Assembly (NCBI GenBank): GCA_043228905.1
Contig: JBHGNT010000963.1
Span: 1 to 13,332, forward strand
Direction of reading: 5' to 3'
Origin: Azolla caroliniana
Taxonomy: Eukaryota > Plantae > Polypodiophyta
Length of the DNA stretch: 13,332 nucleotides
Part shown: piece after piece, positions 1-8,135 of the stretch
Position numbering within the stretch: the first letter of the stretch is position 1
Layout of the letters: the number at the start of each line of letters is the position of its first letter
Translations under genes and position numbers: made by a program
The notes under the pieces: model-generated
What the model saw: only the letters and a program-made list of their open reading frames with translations
Database searches by the model: none
What the model was told of the DNA's origin: nothing

Positions 1-1154
1 CACAAACTTACCCGTAATAGGAAATAGATGGTTGAAATGACTATGTGAGCATCTACCAAATCATAATCTATTTTCTTCTTAGCTGACTGAGTTCGTCGAT
101 CTCGTTGGGAATTTAGGAGTTTTTGTTAAAGTGTCATATAAAATTCGGTCATAAGTGTTTTTGTACCCTAGAGTAGTTAAAAAGAAAGTTTTTCATACTT
201 CTGTAATTTCACCATTTGCTCTTTTTAGCTTATATTTAAAGGTATTTTGTTTTTTTTTACTCTCAGTAGTTCGTCCTTTAATTTATGCCGACTGCATGTA
301 TTTAAAATAAATAATTTCCAAAAGTTGGTATTTAAAACTTTTCTTTGCTGGTCGAAAAGGAACGTTGAATCATTTTTTTAACAATTATTATATGCCGGTA
401 AAACTGATCGTTAATTAGGTGTTCTTTCTTTCTTTTGATTTTTTCCTGCTTAGCTATTTTGCCTATTTTTTTTCTTTTTTATTGGTCTTCTACTCTTTGT
501 ATAACCCATATCAGATTTGTCGCAGCTTTTATCTTTTTTTTTCTACTGGTGTATAAATTATTTGATTGTTTGATATTTTGCATGGCACCTTTACAAATTT
601 GTCGCATGTTTCACATGTTATTTTCCCTTGATTCTTATAAACATTTTGGATCACTGTTTCTTGGTTAATTATTGCAAATTCACTTTCTATTGGTACCAAA
701 TTAGTTAATTCGGGTACTCATCCAGATCTTCGGGCATATTACATTTTAGTATTTCACCTATATCTTGTAAAGCAGTATTGACCGGATTTAAGAGGGTTAA
801 TTCAAAAACACCTGTAGGTGTCTCTTGGGCATTTACAATACAATATACACTTTAAAAACTAACTTAAATAGCAATGATTATAAACTAATGGCGCGGTTTT
901 TAACTTGTACTATCAGGAAACGCCGTAACTACAGTGACACGGTAGAATATATGGCTTTTTATTAGTCTGATGCATATACAGCATTTTTTTAAAGACATAT
1001 ATAAATTTTGTAGATACGGCTTGAATTAGAAATACAAACGGCGTTTTTGGCTGGTACAATGTTTATTTAGCTTGTAACGAACCCAATAAGACAAAAATCT
1101 CAAAATCCGATTTTTTGTGGATACGGCATGTGTTCTTAGGAGGGCAGTATACTC
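1..1154 (-). mobile_element. Degenerate cut-and-paste DNA transposon, Sola (Sola2-like): 5' end and N-terminal part of the transposase; runs off the window start or is truncated
   Basis: The - strand (~355 to 15) translates as DQQRKVLNTNFWKLFILKYMQSA*IKGRTTESKKKQNTFKYKLKRANGEITEV*KTFFLTTLGYKN...DAHI/SFQPSISYYG. This matches the FW.L / Y.L...VCK.FFL.TLG / HI.SF.P..SHY.R motifs I associate with insect Sola-type transposases. The candidate terminus at 1154 reads GAGTATACTGCCC on - (Sola2 ends start GRG). Short subterminal repeats lie at 905-1127. Confidence 0.6.
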
Positions 1155-1518
1155 GTTAGACTTTCATTAAGAGGTCTAACTAATCTTTACTGCTAAAAAA
1201 AAGCGAAAGATATTTATTATTTGATTAGCTGGTAAATAGAACTTAATATTAAGAATTAGTGAGAGTAACGACCTGGATATTACCACGCTTTTAAAAAAGA
1301 CAAAAAATTCAACAAAAATTTAGTCAGGTATGATATTAAATTGCTTCGATTGGTACTTCAAGAAAAATAATTTTAATAACTTATGTTTTGTAAAATCATT
1401 TAATTTTCTTTATTGTAATTTCTGATTTTATTAACAAAACACGCAAATAGTTTAAGTAATTATAACTAAAAAATGCTCGTTAAAAATTACATTTTTTGTA
1501 TTCGGTCCCTAAAATAGC

Positions 1519-1567
1519 CATTTTACGGACTCATTTCAGTCCGTAAAATGAGTCTTTTTCGGACTCA
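1519..1567. repeat. Cluster of overlapping inverted repeats at the left end of the YR element
   Basis: CATTTTACGGACT (1519-1531) and AGTCCGTAAAATG (1538-1550) form a perfect 13-bp stem. Also GACTCATTT (1528-1536) with AAATGAGTC (1546-1554), and TGAGTC (1549-1554) with GACTCA (1562-1567). Confidence 0.9.
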
Positions 1568-1639
1568 ATCCCAAAAAGTGGTCATGGAAACTTTTTAGAA
1601 TTATTTACGTAAATAAAACAAAATACATTACAACTAAAC

Positions 1640-1645
1640 TTTATT
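1640..1645 (-). promoter_or_regulatory. Probable polyadenylation signal of the recombinase gene
   Basis: AATAAA on the - strand ~50 nt after the stop at 1693, followed by a T/GT-rich tract. Confidence 0.45.
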
Positions 1646-1692
1646 TACCTAATTTAAGTAAAACCTCAAAAGGAACAATATAAATATACATT

Positions 1693-3152
1693 TTAAGAGA
1701 AATTAGAATTAAACGTACAATTTTGAGCACCTTTAAAACTCTCATCCCCAAATTTAATACCCGAACTCATCGATATTAGTTTTTGTATCGGGAATCGTTA
1801 TAAGAAGAGTTTGTTGGTCTTTTTGGACAATATCTTGAACTTTTAATGAATAGCTGAAGTAGCTCTTCGCTTTTGTATTCGGTCCCTAAAATAGCCATTT
1901 TACGGACTCATTTGAGTCCGTCAAAAAAAAGCACCTTCAAAACTCTCATCCCCAAATTTAATACCCGAACTCATTGAAATCGTGTTACTTTCTTTTGTAG
2001 TAGTAGCTTTGGTGGAATTAAGCGATTCGACTTTCTTCTCCCCCATTATCATTCTGCATATTTTCTTCTTCTTTTCAATTGATTCCTCTATATACGATTC
2101 CGCTACTGCAGACGACCTGAAATAAGTACTTATTTAGAAAAAATAAAACAATAAAATTATAAAAAACTCCTCCTAGCCGTTTCAACGAGGTTAAATCGAT
2201 ATCAGCATCTGCAGCAAGAGAAGCAGAACTTCGCCGAAAGCAATGCCCTGTATATTCTTTTGGATTCGGTAGCTTTAGAAATTCCGCTACCATTGAGGGC
2301 ATTTTAGCAAAAGTATGAATTCCTACACGTTGCACAGTACATTTTTGGTTTCGGTAAGAAATAAAAAAATAATCGTGGTTAATATTTGCTGGTCGAAGTC
2401 GAACATATTTCTGGTAAACTTCCATAGGATTAACAGCTTCACCTTCAGCTACCATGGGAAATACTCTCTTGATATTGGTTTTTGTATCGGGAATCGTTAT
2501 AAGAAGAGTTTGTGGGTCTTTTTGGACAATATCTTAAACTTTTCAGGAATGTAGTTCTTCGCGCCTACATGCACCACACACTCCAATGATAAGACCAACC
2601 TACGAAGTTAAATATGAAACTGATACATGTCATCAAATCAAAAATTAAAATATGATTTTAAACTTACTTTGATTAACAAATATTTTGCATCATCTGCATT
2701 TACCAAAAAGGTATTAATTTCTTGGCGCGTTAAAACTTTTGACTTAGTGGGTTCGTATCCTACTGAATTTCGCTTCAAAAAAGATATGACTCTTGTGAAT
2801 TTGTTTACTTCTATATTTTCTTTAACAAACAAAACAGCTTTTATCATTGAATATTTTGACCAGAGAATAGATTGTTTTACTTCTTGAGACTGTAGTAGAA
2901 AAATACGAAAAAGTCATAATAATAATGATTTACTAAAGTTAAATATTAAAATTGAACATAAAAAATAGCAGCACTTACCTTTTCATGTAAATAGTTTAAA
3001 ATTACATCTTCGTCTATAATTACAATCTTGTTGGATTTTTTCCATTAAATGAATACTTCATATTCCGTTTCGTAAATTTGACGATATTTTGCTGGAAGCA
3101 AATCTAACACAATTTCTTTTGCTTTTTCACTAATTATTTGTGTATTTTGCAT
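1693..3152 (-). pseudogene. Intron-containing tyrosine recombinase (phage integrase fold), Crypton-type, ~350 aa reconstructed, inactivated
   Basis: Exon 1 is 3152-2979 (MQNTQ...LLPAKYRQIYETEYEVFI*WKK...YLHEK). Exon 2 is 2889-2668 (SQEVKQSILWSKYSMIK...YLLIK). Exon 3 is 2599-~2168 (VGLIIGVCGACRREEL...PDTKT...YTGHCFRRSSAS...LKRLGG). Exon 4 is 2116-1930 plus 1725-1693 (SSAVAESYIEES...QNCTFNSNFS*). Introns 2978-2890 (GTAAGT..CAG) and 2667-2600 (GTAAGT..TAG) are phase 0. Catalytic R (2566-2564), K (TKT), HxxR (from 2245) and Y (2094-2092) are present. In-frame stops lie at 3047-3045, 2545-2543 and 2536-2534. Confidence 0.9.
1726..1974. repeat. Patchwork duplication inside the YR element
   Basis: A 45-bp direct repeat (1726-1770 and 1930-1974, 1 mismatch) brackets a copy of exon 3 (1772-1870, matching 2471-2562) and a copy of the left terminus (1871-1921, matching 1494-1544 with 1 mismatch). 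Confidence 0.9.
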
Positions 3153-3442
3153 TTTATAACTTACACAAAAAAAACGCGTCAAATTCTTTTCGTTAAAAAT
3201 AAACAACTAATTAATAAACAATCTGGTAACTATAGTAAATAAAATCATCGCTCACTATTTTTAGATAAATATAATTACTCTAGCCAATAGGAATATTGCA
3301 CGTTTCAAATGCTAAAATTTTTTTTTAAAGATAACAGTTCTGGTACATTAGACATATTTAATTATTATTGTTAAGAAATATATATCATATTAAATATATA
3401 GATCATATTTAATATTTAGGGAACTTTAACAAAACTATTTTG

Positions 3443-3574
3443 TTTGTATCTCGTACCTAAATCAGTTTTTTGGGACTCATTAGCTAATCCAGACTCGGCT
3501 TCGTCTCGTCTGGAAACAGCTACGATTCGTTCCAAAAAACATGATTTTAGGTACTTGATACAAAAATAACTATT
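3443..3574. repeat. Long imperfect hairpin at the right end of the YR element
   Basis: The left arm TTTGTATCTCGTACCTAAATCAGTTTTTTGGGACTCATTAGCTAATCCAGAC pairs with the right arm, whose reverse complement is TTTGTATCAAGTACCTAAAATCATGTTTTTTGGAACGAATCGTAGCTGTTTCCAGAC. The GC-rich apex is ACTCGGCTTCGTCTCGT (3493-3509). Confidence 0.9.
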
Positions 3575-3669
3575 TTAGTCTTAAGTTAAAAAATATTAAA
3601 ATTATTAGACATCCCCCACCACAACACTTACATAATAATTAATAAATTAAACTATACAATACACACAAT

Positions 3670-4228
3670 TTATCATTTTTAATCATAAAAATACCGTTTT
3701 CAACAATGTTTGATTGGTAAAAAAATGTGTATCCATGTCCTGCAATTTCTTTGGTAAAGTGTTAAAAATCATTGGGTCAAATTAATTAATATTGATGGTT
3801 AATTTTATACAATATTTTTTCGTGTTAAATTTTTCTCGGCTGTTATGTGTGTGGTAATAATCGGGGCTCTTGTATTTGTCAAGATTCCGTTTCATCTACT
3901 TCAAACACACAAACAAATGAGCGATGGTATAGTAAACATTTGTTTTGTATAAATACCAAAGAAACATCATCTTTGTACCCGTCGGCATATATAATCCTAA
4001 TTACTTTTCGCTGTAGGGTAAAACCGTAATTTGCCAGAGTTGAGTACTCGCTGGCAAACAAACTATAATTGCAGTGTGATAGAAGGGACGAATAATATCC
4101 CATGATTAAGTCACGGAATGGGGGTTAATTTTTCATTCTTATCAGATAGGTTAATGTATATAACGTTTTGGATAGATCGCAATATGTTTTTTCCAGGATG
4201 ATTTAAAATCCAGTGGGAAATAACTTAG
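3670..4228 (-). mobile_element. Decayed 3' fragment of a non-LTR retrotransposon ORF2 (CR1/Zenon/L2 group)
   Basis: Frameshifted - strand translation LDFKSSWKKHI / DLSKTLYTLTYLIR / YYSSLLSHCNYSL...TLQRKVIRIIY...YKDD / HYHT / PMIFNTLPKKL. This resembles the post-RT motifs LD.KL.W..HI, YY....SH..Y, LQ.K.IRII and FN.LP. Confidence 0.7.
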
Positions 4229-4239
4229 ACATTATTATT

Positions 4240-4439
4240 TATCTCACTTATAACAACCAAGTATTTTTTTACTGTAAAATTGTTTATGTAAAAAATGTCG
4301 TTAAATTAACGCAATACTAACTTTTGCTCCCTTTTGTTTGGGCAATTGTTGGCAAACCCTATCAATTTTTGGTTCCACTTATGACTTCTAGTAGTCTTTA
4401 CTTTCTTGTCGTGAAATTGTTTAATTTTTTTTCTAAAAT
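4240..4439. repeat. Diverged ~131-bp tandem repeat, left part (interrupted by the LINE)
   Basis: CACTTAT at 4245 and 4376. AATTAACGCAA, GCAATTGTTGGCAA (4342) and TTGTCG..AA.TTGTTT all recur after the LINE. Confidence 0.7.
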
Positions 4440-6529
4440 ATAGTGAATATAGATAGTGCAGTTAGTAAGTTTTATAACATTTTAAATAAAATACTCGGAA
4501 AAAATGTACCTAAACGCATTAAATCATCGTCTAAATATCCAATATGGTTTTCAAATAAAATTATAAAAGACCTTGAATCAAAAAGCAAATTTCACACCTT
4601 GTATAAGAAATTCGGTTATACCTGTCATGAAAACCAATACAAAGAATTGCGCAAAAGACTGAAAAATGATATAAAACTAGCTTATCAGAATTACATACAG
4701 TACGTTGAGGATGACATATTAATGAACCTACTGCCTTTTGGAACTTTATAAAAAATAAAAAGTCAACAAACAAAATGCCTAGTACCTTCGTTTACAATGG
4801 ACATAAAATTCAAAATGGTCCAGAGATTGCTGATACATTTTCGGAGTTTTTTAAAAGTACTTTTAATAATTCAAAAACCAATCCTCCCTTTACTGGTTAA
4901 TTAAAATTAAATTGCGACCTAATGTCCCTTAATGAGATATCTACAGATGAGATAATTCAAGCCATCAATAAATTAAAGTCAAAGAAATCACTTGGTCCTG
5001 ATAATGTTCCTTCCTACATACTTAAAGGATGTAAGGAAATCTTAGCGTCTCCACTTTGCTATTTGTTTAACTTATCATTAAAAAATAAAACTTTTCCATC
5101 TGCATTCAAAACAACGACTATTTGTACAATATTTAAATCCTGAAATAAAAATCACATTCCTAATTATAGACCCATCGCGTTAATTTGTAACATTCCAAAA
5201 CTATATGAAAGCATACTTTACAAGTATATTTTTTTTACGTACAATCTCAAATTTCACAAAATCAACACGGCTTTTTTAAAAGCAGATCTTCAGCCACAAA
5301 CCTTCTAAATTTCGTTAACAAAACGCATCAAGCATTTGAATCTTTTAATCAAATGGTTGTAATTTACTTAGATGCAGCCAAGGCCTTTGATAAAGTATCT
5401 CACAATATACTTCTAAACAAACTTCATCGCTTCTTTAATTTTTCTGAAGACCTTACGGGTCTTATATCATCCTACCTTAAACATCGTCTAGCTTAAGTCA
5501 AAATTGAATATTTTTTTCTGAAACATACATTGCAACATCTAGACTACCCCAAGGTTCCAATTTGGGACCTCTACTTTTCTTACTGTACGTAAATGATGTT
5601 GAGCATTCTATGCAAGATTTAAAATTCTTGATGTATGCTGACGACATTAAATTGTTTAAAGTTATTGAGAGACCAAATGATGTATTTGAGTTGCAAAATA
5701 TTATAAACAATCTTGTTTCGTGGTCAAAACATTCTGGCTTTTAAAAAATGTAAATGTTTTACTTTTTCCAGAAAAAGAAATACTTTATATCACGATTATA
5801 ACATTAACAATGAATCTTTGGAAAGAGTAACTCATTACAAAGACTTAGGAGTTATTTTTGATTCAAAACTGTCTTTCGATGAACACATTGAAACTACACT
5901 TAATAGGTCTTTCAAAAGCCTGGGTTTTGTTCGTAAAAACAGTAAACATTTCAAAAAACTTTCCACATATTATTTAATACGTTCATTAGATCAAAATTAT
6001 AATATTGTGCTATAGTATGGTCTTCTTACTACAAAAAAATATTAACCGTATCGAAAGAATTCAGAAAAAATATTATCATCACTGCAATTACTACTTAAGA
6101 TACCCACCTCTCACCAGTTATTCTGAATTATTAAACATCTTTCAGCTAGAAACATTAGAAGACCGCAGAAAACACCTTCAATTTTCATTTTTGTACAAAG
6201 TGCTAAACGGCCTAGTAGCTGATAGTACTATACTCGAATCAATACAATAATACGCACCTAGATTTAATTCCCGAACTTCATGCCCTTTCAGTCTTAAATA
6301 ACAACGAACCAATTACATGATTTCTTCGCCGTTGTACTCGATGTAAAATCTATATACTGAATGTACTAAAAATTCGTCCATTGATACATTTGGAGACAGC
6401 CTTGGATGTTTCAAAAACAAATTATTTAATTTAAAACCCCTAACACAATTAATCTGGATCTATCTGTCTATCTATGCCTAAGCCAAAAGATACTCTCTCT
6501 CTCTCCCTCTCTGTATCTCACTCACTCAC

Positions 6530-6588
<59 letters not shown>

Positions 6589-6789
6589 TTAGGGTAAGTC
6601 CAGTCTGTTTTTTTTATATACTTTCTTGTTTTCTTTTTGTTTTGTTGAATGGGGAAAACTATAATTTAATTTTTAGTTGTGATTTGTTTTTAAAGTTAAG
6701 TTAAATTAGTTGTTAACTACTACATTACATTTTATATAATTCCGTTATAGAATAATCTCTCTGTGTGAATTATTAAATAAATAAATAAA
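4440..6789 (+). mobile_element. 5'-truncated CR1-clade LINE; reverse transcriptase pseudogene with a (TAAA)n tail
   Basis: RT motifs appear in order across stops and frameshifts: YPIWF, KSLGPDNVPSYILKGC..LASPL..LFNLSL, NYRPIAL, QHGF, YLDAAKAFDKVSH, PQGSNLGPLLFLLYVND, YADD (5634-5645), KCKCFTFSR, KDLGVIFDSKLSF..HI, IERIQ, LEDRR. The tail is (TAAA)5 at 6774-6793. Candidate TSD TAAAAT at 4434-4439 and 6790-6795. No endonuclease domain is present. Confidence 0.92.
6494..6585. repeat. (CT)n microsatellite in the LINE 3' UTR
   Basis: An imperfect then perfect CT dinucleotide run. Confidence 0.97.
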
Positions 6790-6969
6790 TAAAATTAACT
6801 CCATATTTAATATTACTTTATTTGCCAAAGCAATTGTTGGCAATCCTAATCCATTTTTTGCCTCACTTATAACCACCAGTAATCTGCCTTTTTTTGTCGC
6901 AAAGTTGTTTGTATAAGGAATGTCCTAAAATTAACGCAAATATTGCTACCTTTTGTTACAGCAATTCTT
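6790..6969. repeat. Diverged ~131-136-bp tandem repeat, right part
   Basis: GCAATT at 6830 and 6961, AATTAAC at 6793 and 6929, and CACTTAT at 6864. Colinear with 4304-4425. Confidence 0.7.
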
Positions 6970-7337
6970 AGAAAAACTATTAAAAAAAATTAAACAGCTG
7001 TTGTTTAGGACTTAAAGGGATTATTTATCCTCCACACCGCATACTGTTCAATGCTTGCAATCTTTGTGGCGGCAATCCAAGACCATAATATTTTTTAAAA
7101 ACAAATCCATTTCTCAATCTTTTTTTTGTTTTTCCGCTTTTATAGAGTTTCAAACATATGTTGAAAACCATTGGTGTATAAAGTAAGTACGGGTGTTAAA
7201 GCTAGCTTAATTTTAAATTCAAGATCGACATCCAAATGGAAAAATAATCATAAACACTGCTATGTGTTTGCAACAAAATTAAGTTATTCAATGTGTATAT
7301 GGTTTATTTAAAATTCAAGACAAAAACCATTGCGCCC

Positions 7338-7502
7338 TATTGTTTAACATTTTTAATGCTTTTGATATGGTATATTAAATAAGCTAACTCAACACTTTTA
7401 CTTGTGGCAAAATGTGGTATATTGTATTATTATTTAACATTTTTTATGTTTTTGATATGTATGTAAACTCAACAATTTTACTCGTGGCAAAAATGGTATA
7501 TT
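7338..7502. repeat. Two-copy local tandem duplication (~90-bp spacing)
   Basis: TTTAACATTTTT..ATG.TTTTGATATG...AACTCAACA.TTTTACT.GTGGCAAAA..GGTATATT occurs from 7343 and again from 7433. Confidence 0.85.
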
Positions 7503-7520
7503 CAACCTACTAATATTTCT

Positions 7521-8135
7521 TTAGCCTTTATTTTTCCAATTCTAAACGTAGGCGTTATTCATTCGTTTTCATTCCGTCTTGTGCTGTCTGAAACCTTTTT
7601 TTCCGTCAATTGGTTTGATATCGTCCAGCCGACAGTATATATGTACTAAAGACTTTTTGATTTAAGTTTATAGGTATATTTCTCTTTTTGGCAATTTTGA
7701 TTTTATGCCCCAGGTAAACATATTCACTACTTATTTCTAAAGCATTTATGTACATTGTTTCAAGATTTAATGTTTTGCTTATTATTTGTGTCAACATTCA
7801 GTTGACATATCATTCGGTTTTGTACGTCGGTTTTTGTAGTCGGAAAATGTAGATAGTTAAGGAATATTTCGTATATACTAATTCGCCCTCAACACTGTTT
7901 TAAATATGATTTCTAAGGCCAACAGTTTGGAAGAGATAGTGTCTTCCTGGCGCCCGCCACTCCAATTTTTCATTTTGTATATTGTCAAAAAATAATTTAT
8001 TTTCAAATAAAATTTGACAATTTTATATATGTATTTTAAAGGATTTCTTATCAATAATCAATCCTAGCATGTCTTGCAGAAAAGTCCATGTCTCAATGTA
8101 GTCAAAAGTCTTGCGAAAACCTACGGAAAATCTAA
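7521..8135 (-). mobile_element. Heavily deleted RTE-clade LINE relic
   Basis: - strand remnants: VGFRKTFDYIETW (cf. VDF.KAFDS.E.W), GRQEDTISSKL (cf. G.RQGDTISPKLF), EYVYLGHKI and IPINLNQKVF..YIL. It also has the 3' end motif GCCTACGTTTAGAA...AAGGCTAA, shared with 9607-9639. Confidence 0.75.

Larger units (their letters stand above)
1494..3574 (-). mobile_element. Crypton-like tyrosine-recombinase DNA transposon (defective copy)
   Basis: Contains a spliced tyrosine recombinase (YR) gene with no RT or DDE transposase. It is bounded by related ~40-bp motifs at 1495-1534 and 3443-3480 and an inverted copy ending in AATAACTATT at 3574. The left boundary is approximate. Confidence 0.8.

Noticed and set aside
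435-668. Hydrophobic 77-aa ORF resembling a membrane protein
   Set aside because: It is the T-rich antisense of the Lys-rich transposase relic.
1494-1974. CRISPR-like array or rho-independent terminators
   Set aside because: The repeats are two-copy and irregularly spaced, and the context is eukaryotic.
2315-2887. + strand ORFs 2315-2554 and 2627-2887
   Set aside because: They are antisense shadows of the recombinase exons.
1693-3152. Bacterial or phage integrase, or a DIRS retrotransposon coupling this YR with the nearby RT
   Set aside because: Spliceosomal introns exclude a prokaryotic gene. The RT at 4440-6789 is non-LTR type, on the opposite strand, outside the YR element ends, and has its own tail and TSD.
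6474-6704. 76-aa SLSLSL ORF
   Set aside because: It is the translation of the (CT)n repeat in the LINE 3' UTR.
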